Source of the DNA: Eledone cirrhosa
Lineage: Eukaryota
Direction: 5' to 3'
Assembly (NCBI GenBank): GCA_964016885.1
Contig: OZ024744.1
Location: forward strand, 19,902,001-19,966,000
DNA: 64,000 nucleotides
The notes under the pieces: model-generated
Database searches by the model: none
What the model saw: the letters and a program-made list of their open reading frames with translations, nothing else
What the model was told of the DNA's origin: nothing
Part shown: positions 27,101-45,100 of the stretch, piece by piece
How the letters are laid out: every line of letters starts with the position of its first letter
Numbering within the stretch: the stretch's first letter is position 1
Translations under genes and position numbers: made by a program

Positions 27101-30100
27101 ACCACACCACACTACACTACACGAAACGACACGACAGGACAGCACAGCACACTACACTACACTACACCATACCACACTACACTACACCACATTACACCAT
27201 AACACACCACACTACCCACAGCACACCACAATACACGACAGCACTCTACATTTCACCAAATTACACGACACCACACCGCACTATACAACAACACATCACA
27301 GCACACTACACCAAACTACACTACAGCACACCGCACTGCACCACACCAAACCCCACACCACACTACACTACACCACATTGCACCACACTACACCACGCCA
27401 CACTACACTACACTACACTACACCATACTACACTACACTACACTACACCATAAAATAGCACGCTACCTACATCACACTACATCACACTACACCACACTAC
27501 ACTACACGACACCTCACGACAGGACAGCACAGCACACTACACTACACCACACTACACAACACTACAGCACACTACGCCACACCACATCACACCACAGCAC
27601 GCCATACCACATCATACTAGATCACACTACACCACACTACACTACACGACACGACACGCCAGGACAGCACAGCACACTATCCTACACTACACCATACCAC
27701 ACTACACTACACCACATTGCACCACAACACACCACACTACAGCACAGCACACCACTCTACATTTCACTAAATTACACGACACCACACCGCACTACTCCAC
27801 GCCAAAGCACACTACACCAAACTACACTACACCACATTACATCACACAACACCACACTACACCACATCACATTACACTACACTACACTACACTACAGTAC
27901 AGTACACTACACTACACTACACTAAATCATACCACACTACACCATACTACACTACACCACATTACTTCACACTACACCACACTACACCACACTACACCAC
28001 ACCACACTACACTACACTACACTACACTACACTACACTACACTACACTACACTACACTACCCTACAATACCACACCACACAACAGTAAGCTACACCATCA
28101 TACACCACACCACACTACACCGAATTATTCCACACCACACTACACCACACTACACTACACCATTCTACACTACGCTACACCACACCGTACTACAACACAC
28201 TATAGCACACCACACTACAGCACACCACACTACACTACACTACACCACACTATACCACACCACACTACACCATACTATACGACACCACTATATATCAAAC
28301 TACACCACACCACATTACACCACGCTACACCACACTACACCACACTACACTACACCAGAGTTCACTAAACCACATTACACCACACTACACCACACTACAC
28401 TACACTACACTACACTACAAACTGTACACTACATCATACTACACTACACTACACCACACTACACTACAACACTCTACACTACACCGCATTACTCCGCACT
28501 AAACACCAGCACACTACACCAAACTACACTACACCATAATATACCACACTACCCTACACCATACTTCACTAAACCACACTATACCACACCACACTACAAA
28601 TCACTACACCAGTCCATACCACACTACACCATAGCGCACCACACTACACTACACCACACTACACCACACTATACCACACCACACCACACTGCACCAGAAT
28701 ACACCACCCGCACCACCCTACACTACACCACATTACACCACACTACACCACACTACACCACGCTACACCACACCACACTACACCACGCTGCACTACACTA
28801 CACTACACCACGCTACACTACACCCGACTATACCACACCACGCTACACCACACCACACAACACTAAACTACACCACGCTACAGCACACCACACTACACTA
28901 TACTACACCACACCATTCTACACCACACTAAACTACACCACACTACATTACAATATACTACACCACACCAAACCACACCAAACTACAACACACTACAGCA
29001 CACTACATTACACTACACTACACTATACTACACCACACTACATCACAACACACTACATCACACTACACCACACTACACCACACTATACTAGACTACGCTA
29101 CACCACAGATCACTACACCACACTACACCACACCACACCACACTACACCACACTACACTACACTACACTAAACCACACCACACAACAGCACAACAAACTA
29201 CATCACACTACACCACACTACACTACCCCACACAACACCACACTAAACCACAGTACACCACACTGCACCACACTACACCACACTACACCACACTACACCA
29301 CACCACACTACACTACACCACACCACACCACAGCACAGCACACTACACCAAACCACACCACACTACAACACACCACGCCACATTAAACCACACCACACTA
29401 CACTGCACCACACTACACCACACTACACCACACCACAGTACACTGCACTACACTATACCACGCCACACTACACTACACCACACTACACCACACTACACCA
29501 CACCTCACCACACTACACAAAACTACACCACACTACACCACCCTACACCATTCCACACCACACATCACTAAACCCCACTACACTACACTAGACCCGACCA
29601 CACTACACTACACCACACCACACTACACTACACCACACCACAACACACTACACCACACTACACCACACTACACTACACCATACTACACCACACCACACTA
29701 TACCACACCACACAACACTACACCACACTATACCACACTACACAACACCACACCACACTACACCACACTACACCACACTACACCACACTACACCACACGA
29801 AAAAACAGCACAGCACACCACACCACAGTACACTAAACCACACCACCCTACACTACACCACACCACACTACACCACTCTACGCTACAGTACACTACACCA
29901 CACCATACTAAAACACACTATAGTAACACCACACTACAGCACACCACAGTACACTACACCATACTACAAGACACCAAACTACAGCACACCGCACCACACA
30001 TCACTACACCACAACACACCAAACCACACTACACCACACCAGACCACACCACACCACACCACACTACACTACACTACACCACAACACACTACACCACACT

Positions 30101-33100
30101 ACACCACAATACACCACATTACACCACACTGCACAAAACTAGACCACACCACACTACACCCCACCACACTACACCACACTACACTACGCCACACCACACT
30201 ACACTACACCACACCACACTAAACCACACTAAACCACACTAAACCACACCACACTGCACTACCCTATACCAAACTACACTGCACAACACTACACCACACT
30301 ACACCAAACTACACCACACTACACCACACTACACCACATTGCACCACGCTACACCACCCTACACTTCACCACTCCACACCACACTACACCACACCACACG
30401 ATAATACATTACACCGCACCACCTTACACTACACCACACCACACTACACAAAACTACCCCACGCTACACTACAAAATACTACACAACACTACATCACACC
30501 ACACTACATCACACTACACCACACTACACTACACGACACAACACGACACGACAGGACAGGACAGCACACTATACTACACTACACCATACCACACTACACT
30601 ACACCACGTTACACCACAACGCACCACACTACAGCACAGCACACCACAATACACGACACCACTCTACATTTCACCAAATTACACGACACCACACCGCACT
30701 ATACAACAGCACATCACAGCACACTACACCAAACTACACTACAGCACACCGCACTACACCACACCAAACCACACACCACGCTACACTACACCACATTGCA
30801 CCACACTACACCACACTACACCACACTACACCACACCACACTACACTACACTACACTACACTACACAACACTACAGCACACTACGCCACACCACATCACA
30901 CCACACCACGCCATACCACATCACACTACACCACACTACACTACACGACACGACACGACAGGACAGCACAGCACACTATACTACACTACACCATACAACA
31001 CTACACTACACCACATTACACCACAACACACCACAGTACAGCACAGCACACCACAATACACCACACCATTCTACATTTCACCAAATTACACGACACCACA
31101 CCGCACTATACAACAGCACATCACAGAACACTACACCAAACTACACTACAGCACACCGCACTACACCACACCAAACCACACACCACACTACACTACACCA
31201 CATTGCACCACACTACACCACACTACACCACACCACACTACACTACACTACACCACACTACACTACACTACACCACACCATAAAATAGCACACTACCCTA
31301 CATCACACCACACTACACTACACGACACCTCACGACAGGACAGCACAGCACACTACACTACACCACAGTACACAACATTACAGCACACTACGCCACACCA
31401 CATCACACCACACCACGCCATGCCACATCATATCTGATCACACTACACCACACTACACTACACGACACGACACGACAGGACAGGACAGCACACTATACTA
31501 CACTACACCATACCACACTACACTACACCACATTACACCACAACACACCACACTACAGCACAGCACACCACAATACACCACACCACTCTACATTTCACTA
31601 AATTACACGACACCACACCGCACTACTCCACGCCAAAGCACACTACACCAAACTCTACTACACCACAATACATCACACAACACCACACAACACCACATCA
31701 CACTACACTACACTACCCTACACTACGCTACACTACACCACACTTCACTAAACTACACTACATCACAACACACTACACTACACTACACTACACTACACTA
31801 CACTACACTACACTACACTAAACTACACTACACTACACTACACTACACTACACTACACTAAACCACACCACACTACACCATACTACACTACACCACATTA
31901 CTTCACACTACACTACACCACACTACACCACACTACACCACACCACACTACACTACACTACACTACACTACACTACACTACACCACACCACACTACACTA
32001 CACTACACTACACTACACTACACTACACTACACTACACTACACCACACTACACTACACTACTATACCACACCACACAACAGTAAGCTACACCAGCATACA
32101 CCACACCACACTACACCGAACTATTCCACACTACACTACACCACACTACACCACACTATACCACAACTCACTACACTACACTAACCTACATCGCACCACA
32201 CCACACTACACTGTACCAGACTACACCACCCGCACCACCCTACACTACACCACATTTCACCACAATACACCACACTACACCACGCTACACCACACCACAC
32301 TACAACACGCTGCACTAGACTACACTACACCACGTAACACTACACTACACTACACACGACTATACCACACCACACTACACCACACCACACCAAACTACAC
32401 CACACTACACCACACCACACTACACTACAACAAACTACACAGTACTACTTCACACTGAACTACACGACACTATACCACACAAAACCATACTACACCACAC
32501 CACATAATCCCACACCACACTGCACAACACTACACCGCACCAGACTACACCACCCACACCACCCTACACTATACCACACTACACCACTTTACACCACACT
32601 ACAGCACACTACACCACCACACACCACACCACACAACACTAAACGACACCACGCTACAGCACACCACACTACACCCCACCCCACCACGCCAAACTACACC
32701 ACACCACACAACACCACACTTTACCACACCACATAACACCACACCACATTACACCACACCATACTACACTGCACCACACTACACCACACTACACCACACC
32801 ACACTACACTACACCAGATTATACCACAGCACACTACACTGCACTACACCACACTACACCTCACCACATTAAACCGCACTATACAACACAACACTATACC
32901 ACATTACACCACGTTACACTGCACCACACCGCACCATACAACACTATACTACACCACACCACACTACACCACACAACATCCCCGCACACTACACCACACT
33001 ACACTACACGACACCACACTACACCTCACTACACCACACCAACTTACAACACACTACACCACACCACACTACACCACACCACACAACCCTAAACCACTTC

Positions 33101-36100
33101 ACACCACACTACACTACACCAGAGCACAACACACTACACCACACTAATCTACACGAAACTACACCGCACAACATTACGTCACTCTACACCACACCACACT
33201 ACTCGAGACTACACCACACTAAACCCATACTACACCACACTACACCACACTAAACCACACTACACCGCACCACACTACACCACATTACATTACACCACAC
33301 CACACCACACGACACCACACTACACCACATTACACTACACTACACCACACTAAACTACTCTGCACTACACCACAATACACCACACCAGACTACACTACAC
33401 CACACTACACTAGACCAAACTAGACCACACCACACTACACCATATTACACTACACCACACCACATTACACTACACTACATCACACCACACCAAACCACAA
33501 TACACCACACTACCCCACACTACACCACACTACACCACATTACACCACACTATACCACACTGCACCACACCACAATACACACACCAGACTACACTACATC
33601 ACACTACACTACACCACACCAAACTACACCAAATCACATTACACCACACTAAACCCCACCACACTACACCACACTACACTAGACCACACCGCACTTCACT
33701 ACTCCACAACACACTACACTTCACCACACTTCACCACACTACACCACACTACACTACACCACAACACACTAAACCACACCACACAGCGCTAACCTACACC
33801 AACCTAAACTGCATCACGCTACATCACACTACACCACACTACATTACACGGCACGATACGACAGCACACAACATTACAATACACTACACTACACCACACT
33901 ACACTACACCACACTATACCACACTACCTTATACCACACATCATTAAACCACACTAAACCACACTACCCCACACCACACTACACCACACTACACTACACC
34001 ACACCACAGCACACCACACTATACCACACTACACTACACCACACTACACCACACTACACCACAATACACCACGGCGCACTACACTACACCACACTACGCC
34101 ACACTACACTACACTACCCTACACCACACCACACCACACTACACCACACTACACCACACTACACCACACTACACCACACGAAACAACAGCACAGCACACC
34201 ACACCACAGTACACTAAACCACACCACCCTACACTACACCACACCACACTACACCACCCTACTCCACATTACACTACACTACACTACACCACGCTACACT
34301 ACAACATAATACACCGCACCACACGACACTACACCACACTACACAACACCACGACACACTACACTACAGCACACTACACTACACCACACTTCACTACACC
34401 ACACTATACCACACTACCTTATACCACACATCATTAAACCACACTAAACCACACTACCCCACACCACACTACACCACACTACACTACACCACACCACCCT
34501 ATACCACACTACACTACACCACACTACACCACGCTACACCACACTACACCACACCACAGTACACTGCACTACACTATACCACGCCACACTACACTACACC
34601 ACACTACACCACACTACACCACACCTCACCACACTACACAAAACTACACCACACTAGACCACCCTACACCATTCCACACCACACATCATTAAACCACACT
34701 ACACAACACAACATTACATCACACTACACCACACTACACTACACCAACCCACACTATACCACACCACACGACACTACACTAAACCCCACAACTCTACACC
34801 ACACTACACTAGACCACACTGCAATACACTACTCCACACCACACTACACTTAACCACACTACACTACACCACAACACACTACACCACACTAAACCATACG
34901 ACACTGAAACTACCCTACAGCAACCTACACTGCACCACACTACACCACACTAGACCACACCACAATACACTACACCACACCACACTACACTACACCACCC
35001 TACACAACACTACACCGCACCAGACCACACTACACTACACCACACAACAACACACTACACCACACTACATCACACTACACTACACCATACCACACCACAC
35101 AACACTACACCACACTATACCACACTACACAACACCACACCACACTACACCACACTACACCACACTACACCACACGAAACAACAGCACAGCACACCACAC
35201 CACAGTACACTAAACCACACCACCCTACACTACACCACACCACACTACACCACTCTACGCTACAGTACACTACACCACACCACACCATACTACAACACAC
35301 TATAGTAACACCACACTACAGCACACCACACTAAACCACACCACCCTACACTACACCACACCACACTACACCACTCTACGCTACAGTACACTACACCACA
35401 CCACACCATACTACAACACACTATAGTAACACCACACTACAGCACACCACACTACACTACACCATACTACACGACACCACACTACAGCACACCGCACCAC
35501 ACATCACTACACCACAACACACTACACTACACTACACCACAACACACTACACCACACTACACCACAATACACCAGATTACACCACACTGCACAAAACTAG
35601 ACCACACCACACTACACCCCACCACACTACACCACACTACAATACGCCACACCATACTACACTACACCACACCACTCTACACCACGCTACACTACACCAC
35701 ACCACACTAAACCACACTAAACCACACTAAACCACACCACACTGCACGACCCTATACCAAACTACACTGCACAACACTACACCACACTACACCAAACTAC
35801 ACCACACTACACCACACTACACCACATTACACCGCGCTACACCACCCTACACTTCACCACTCCACACCGCACTACACCACACCACACGATAATACATTAC
35901 ACCGCACCACCTTACACTACACCACACCACACTACACAAAACTACCCCACGCTACACTACAAAATACTACACCACACTACATCACACCACACTACACCAC
36001 ACTGCACCACACTACTCCACACCACACTACACTTCAGCACACTAAACCACACCACACTAGACATCACCACACTACACCACACTACACTACACCACACTAC

Positions 36101-39100
36101 ACCACAAAATAGCACACTACCCTGCACAACACTACAGCACACTACGCCACACCATATCACACCACACCACGCCATACCACATCACACTACATCACACTAC
36201 ACCACACTACACTACACGAAACGACACGACAGGACAGCACAGCACACTACACTACACCATACCACACTACACTACACCACATTAGACCACAACACACCAC
36301 AGTACAGCACAGCACACCACAATACACCACACCATTCTACATTTCACCAAATTACACGACACCACACCGCACTATACAACAACACATCACAGCACACTAC
36401 ACCAAACTACACTACAGCACACCGCACTACACCACACCAAACCACACACCACACTACACTACACCACATTGCACCACACTACACCACACCACACTACACC
36501 ACACCACACTACACTACACTACACCACACTACACTACACCATACCATAAAATAGCACGCTACCTACATCACACTACATCACACTACACCAAACTACACTA
36601 CACGACACCTCAAGACAGCGAAGCACAGCACACTACACTACACTACACCACACTACACAACACTACAGCACACTACGCCACACCAGATCACACCACACCA
36701 CGTCATACCAAATCATACTAGATCACACTACACCACACTACACTACACGACACGACACGACACGACAGGACAGCACAGCACACTATCCTACACTACACCA
36801 TACCACACTACACTACACCACATTACACCACAACACACCACACTACAGCATAGCACACCACAATACACCACACCATTCTACATTTCACTAAATTACACGA
36901 CACCACACCGCACTACTCCACGCCAAATCACATTACACCAAACTACACTACAGCACATTACATCACACAACACCACACTACACCACATCACACTACACTA
37001 CACTACACTACACTACACTCCACTACACTACACTACACTACATTACACTACACTACACTACACTACACTACACCACACTTCACTACACTACACTACATCA
37101 CACAACACCACACTACACCACATCACACTACACTACACTACACTACACTACACTACACTACACTACACTACACTACACTACACTACACTACACTACACTA
37201 CACTACACTAAACCACACCACAATACACCATACTACACTACACCACATTACTTCACACTACACCACACTACACCACACTACACTACACCACACTACACTA
37301 CACTACACTACACTACACAACACTACACTACACTACACTACACTACACTACACTACACTACACTACACTACACTACACTACACTACACTACACTACACTA
37401 CACCACACTACACTACTATACCACACCACACAACAGTAAGCTACACCAGCATACACCACACCACACCAAACTACACCACACTACACCACACCACACTACA
37501 CTACAACAAACTACACAGCACAACTTCACACTGTACTACACGACACTATACCACACAAAACCATACTACACCACACCACATAATCCCACACCACACTGCA
37601 TAACACTACACCGCACCAGACTACAGCACCCACACCACCCTACACTTCACCACACTACACCACCACACACCACACCACACTACACTACACCACACCACAC
37701 CAAACTACACCACACTACACCACACCACACTACACTACAGCAAACTACACAACACTACATCACACTAAACTACACCACACTATACCACACCACACAACAC
37801 TAAACTACACCACGCTACAGCACACCACACTACACCCCACCCCACCACGCCAAACTACACCACACCACACAACACCACACTTTACCACACCACATAACAC
37901 CACACCACATTACACCACACCATACTACACTGCATCACACTACACCACACTACACCACACCACACTACACTACACCACATTATACCACAGCACACTACAC
38001 TGCACTACACCACACTACACCTCACCACATTAAACCGCACTATACAACACAACACTACACCACATTACACCACGTTACACTGCACCACACCGCACCATAC
38101 AACACCATACTACACCACACCACACTAAACCACACAACATCCCTGCACACTACACCACACTACACTACACGATACCACACTACACCTCACTACACCACAC
38201 CAACTTACAACACACTACACCACACTACAACATGCTACACCACACTAAACTACACCAAACTACACCACACCACACTACACCACATCACACAACCCTAAAC
38301 CACTCCACACCACACTACACTACACCACAGCACAACACACTACACCACACTAATCTACACGAAACTACACCGCACAACATTACGTCACTCTACACCACAC
38401 CACACTACTCGAGACTACACCACACTAAACCCACACTACACCACACTACACCACACTAAACCACACTACACCGCACCACACTACACCACATTACACTACA
38501 CCACACCACACCACACGACACCACACTACACCACATTACACTACACTACACCACACTAAACTACTCTGCACTACACCACAATACACCACACCAGACCACA
38601 CTACACCACACTACACTAGACCAAACTACACCACACCACACTACACCATATTACACTACACCACACCACATTACACTACACTACATCACACCACACCAAA
38701 CCACACTACACCACACTACCCCACACTACACCACACTACACCACATTACACCACACTATACCACACTGCACCACACCACAATACACACACCAGACTACAC
38801 TACATCACACTACACTACACCACACCAAACTACACCAAATCACATTACACCACACTAAACCCCACCACACTACACCACACTACACTAGACCACACCGCAC
38901 TTCACTACTCCACAACACACTACACTTCACCACACTTCACCACACTACACCACACTACACTACACCACAACACACTAAACCACACCACACAGCGCTACCC
39001 TACACCAACCTAAACTGCATTACGCTACATCACACTACACCACACTACATTACACGGCACGATACGACAGCACACAACATTACAATACACTACACTACAC

Positions 39101-42100
39101 CACACTACACTACACCACACTATACCACACTACCTTATACCACACATCATTAAACCACACTAAACCACACTACCCCACACCACACTACACCAGACTATAC
39201 TACACCACCCCACACCACCCAATACCACACTACACTACACCACACTACACCACACTACACCACAATACACCACGGCACACTACACTACACCACACTACAC
39301 CACACTACACTACACTACCCTACACCACACCACACCACACTACACCACATTACACCACACTACACCACACGACACTACACCTCACTATACCTCACCACGC
39401 TAACCAAAACTACACCACACACCACCACATCACACCACACTACACCACCCTACTCCACATCACACTACACTACACTATACCACGCTACACTACAACATAA
39501 TACACCACACCACACTACACTACACCACGACACACTACACTACAGCACACCACACTACACCTCATTACACTACACCACACCACACTACACTACATCACAT
39601 TACACCACACTACACTACACCACACTAAACCTCACCACACTACACTAAACTACACCACATTCCACCACATCTCACCACACTACACCACCCTACACCACTC
39701 CACACCACACTACACCACACTAAACCACACTACACTATATCACACCACACTACACCACACCAAACACCACCACAGCACCCTACACCCCACTGCACGACAC
39801 CAGACCACACGAGACTACACCACACCACACTACACTACACCACACCACCCGACACTACAACACACCACAACACACTACACCACACCACACTACACTACAC
39901 CACACTAAACCCCACTACACCACACTTCACCACACTACACCACACCAAACAACACCCCTTTACCCTGAACCACACTGCACCACACCAGACCACACTAGAC
40001 TACAACACACTAAACTACACCACGCCACCCGACACTACAACACACCACAACACACTACACCACACCACACTACACTACACCATACTACACGACACCACAC
40101 CACACTATACCACACCACACAACACTACACCACACCACACACCACATTAAACCACACTACACCACACTTCACCACACTACACCACATTACACCACACTAC
40201 TCCACACCACTCTACAACACACTACACTACACCACACCACACTACACAACACTAAACCACGCCAGACTGCACTACCCTACACCACACTGTACTGCACAAC
40301 ACTACATCTACTGCACCACACCACACCAAACTACACCACACTACAGCACACTACACTATATCACACCACACTACCCTACAGCACACCACCCTACACTATA
40401 CCACAACACCCTACACCCCCTGCAACACACCAGACCACACTAGCCTACAACACACCCCACTTCACTACACCACACCGCACCACCTTACACTACACCACAC
40501 CGCACTACACCACACTAAACCACGCAACACTACAAAATACTACATCACACTACATCACACCATACTACACCACAATGCACCACACTACACTTTACCACCC
40601 TAAACCACACCATACTAGACCACACTACACTACAGCACACCACACTACACTACACCACACTACCCTACAGCACACCACACTACACTACACCACAACACCC
40701 TACACCCCCTGCAACACCCAGACCACACTAGCCTACACCACACCACACTTCACTACACCACACCACAAAACCCTACACCACACTACACCACACTGCACCA
40801 TACTACACCACACCACATCACACCACAATATACCACACCACAGAACACTACACCACCCCACACACCACTACACGACACTACACCAAACTAAACCATACTA
40901 CACCAGACTACACCACACTGCACTACACCACACTACACCAGACCTACACTACACCACAAAATGCCACCTTACACCACACCACACTATACCAAACCACACT
41001 ATACTACACTGCACCACGACACACCACAATATACCACACACCACTACACCACAGCACACCGCCCTAAAGCACTCCACACCACAGTACACTACACCACAGT
41101 ACAACACACTTCACCACACTAAACCACACCACACTACACCAGACAACATTACATTACACTACACCACCCCACACTACCCCACACTACACCACACTACCCC
41201 ACACTACAACACACTACACCACACTACACCACACTACACCACGTTACACTACACCACACCACATTACACTACACTACACCACACCACAATAAACCACACA
41301 ACACCACAGTACACTATACTACAACACACCACACTACACAACACTGCACTACACCACAATACACCACACCAGACTACACAACATCACACTACACTATACC
41401 ACACCAAACTACACCAGACCACATTACACCACACTAAACCCCACCACACTACACCACAACACACTACACCACACTAAACCACACCACACAGCACTACCCT
41501 ACACCAACCTACACTGCACCACACTACAACACAATACACCACACCACACCACACTATACCACACCACACTATACTACACTGCACCACGACACACCACAAT
41601 ATACCACACCCCACTACACCACACCACACTACACCAAACCACACCACCCTAAACCACTCCACACCACAGTACACTACACCACAGTACAGCACACTTCACC
41701 ACACTAAACCACACCACACTACACCACACAACATTACATTACACTACACCACCCCGCACTACCCCACACTACACCACACTACCCCACACTACAACACACT
41801 ACACCACACTACACCACACTACACCACATTACACTACACCACACCACATTACACTACACTACACCACAACAAACCACACAACACCATAGTACACTACACT
41901 ACACCACACCACACTACACAACACTACACCATACTACCCCACACTACACCACACTACACCACACTACACCACACTACACCACATTACACTACACCACACC
42001 ACACTACGCAATACTGCACTACACCACAACACACCACACCAGACTACACTACATCACACTACAGTACACCACACCAAACTACACCCACCACATTACACCA

Positions 42101-45100
42101 CACTAAACCCCACCACACTACACCACACTGCACTAGACCACACTGCACTTCACTACTCCACACCACACTACACTTCACCACACTTCACCACACTACACCA
42201 CACCACACTACACCACACTACACCACAACACACTACACCACACTAAACCACACCACACAGCACTACCCTACACCAACCTACACTGCACCACACTACAACA
42301 CACTACACCACAACACACCACGCTTCAGCACACTACACCACACCACACCACACGACACCACACTACACCACATTACACTACACTACACCACACTAAACTA
42401 CTCTGCACTACACCACAATACACCAAACCAGACTACACTACACCACACTACATTAGACCAAACTACACCACACCACGCTACACCATATTACACTACACCA
42501 CACCACATTACACTACACCAAACCACACTACACCACACTACCCCACACTACACCACACTACACCACATTACACCACACTACACCACACTGCACCACACCA
42601 CAATAGACACACCAGATTACACTACATCACACTACACTACACCACACAAAACTACACCAAATCACATTACACCACACTAAACCCCACCACACTACACCAC
42701 ACTACACTAGACCACACCGCACTTCACTACTCCACACCACACTACACTTCACCACACTTCACCACACTACACCACACTACACTACACTACACTACACTAC
42801 ACCACAACACACTAAACCACACCACACAGCGTTACCCTACACCAACCTAAACTGCATCACGCTACATCACACTACACCACACTACATTACACGACACGAT
42901 ACGACAGCACACAACATTACAATACACTACACTACACCACACTACACTACCCACACTATACCACACTACCTTATACCACACATCATTAAACCACACTAAA
43001 CCACACTACCCCACACCACACTACACCACACTACACTACACCACACCACCGTATACCACACTACACTACACCACACTACACTACACTACACCACAATACA
43101 TCACGGCACACTACACTACACCACACTACACCACACTACACTACACTACCCTACACCACACCACACCACACTACACCACATTACACCACACTACACCACA
43201 CGACACTACACCTCACTATACCTCACCACGCTACCCAAAACTACACCACATTACACCACACTACACCACACTGCACCACACCACAATACACACACCAGAT
43301 TACACTACACCACACAAAACTACACAAATCACATTACACCACACTAAACCCCACCACATTACACCACACTACACCACCCTACTCCACATCACACTAAACT
43401 ACACCACACCACACGGCACTACACCACACTACACTACACCACGACACACTACACTACAGCACACCACACTACACCTCACTACACTATACCACACCACATT
43501 ACACTATACCACATTACACCACACTACACCATACTACACTACACCACACTATACCTCACCACACTACACTAAACTACACCACATTCCACCACATCTCACA
43601 ACACTACACCACCTTATACCACTCCACACCACACTACACCACACTACACTATATCACACCACACTACACAACACCAAACACCACCACAGCACCCTACACC
43701 CCACTGCACGACACCAGACCACACGAGACTACACCACACCACACTACACTACACCACACCACCCGACACTACAACAAACCACAACACACTACACCACACT
43801 ACACTACACCATACTACACCACACCACATCACACCACACCACACTATACCACACAACACAACACTACACCATACCACACATCACTACACCGCACTACACC
43901 ACACTAAACCACACTACACCACACTTCACCACACTACACCACACCAAACAACACCTCATCACCCTGAACCACACTGCACCACACCAGACCACACTAGACT
44001 ACACCACACTAAACTACACCACGCCACCCGACACTACAACACACCACAACACACTACACTACACCACACTACTCTACACCATACTACACGACACCACACC
44101 ACACTATACCACACCACACAACACTACACCACACCACACACCACCAAACCGCACTACACCACATTAAATCACACTACACCACACTTCACCACACTACACC
44201 ACACTAGACTACACTACACCACAAAATGCCACCCTACACTACACCACACCACACTACACTACACTACACTACACTACACCACTCTACACGACTCCACACC
44301 ACACTAAACCACACTACACCACACCACACCACACTACACCACACCGCACGACACAACACCACCCTACATCACACCACACCTCACTACACCAAACGACACC
44401 ACACTACACCACACTACACTACACCACACTACACTACTCCACACCACACCACACTACACCACATTAAACCACACCACACTACACCACACCACACTATACC
44501 ACACCAAACTACTCCACTCTACACCACACCACACCACACCACACCACACTAGACCACAATATACCACACTACCCTACAGCACACTTCACAAAACCACACT
44601 AGACTACACCACACTACACCAAACCCCACTACACTACACCACACTACACCACACTGTAGCACACCTCACTACACTGCACCACACTACCCCACACCAGACT
44701 ACACCACACCACACCAACCTATAATACACCACACTACACCACACTACACCACCACACACCACACCACACTACAACACACTACACCACACCACACTACACC
44801 ACGGTATACTACACCATACTACATCAAATAACACGACACCATACTACAACACACTACAGCACACCACACTACAGCACACTATACCACACCACACTACATC
44901 ACACTACACCACACCATACTACACCACACTACACCACACTATACCGCACTACACTACAGCACACCGCACTACTCAAGACTAAACCACACCAGACCACACA
45001 ACACCACACCACACTACACTATACTACACCACACGACATCACACTACACCACACTAACCCACACCACACTACACTACACTACACCATACCACACTATATC

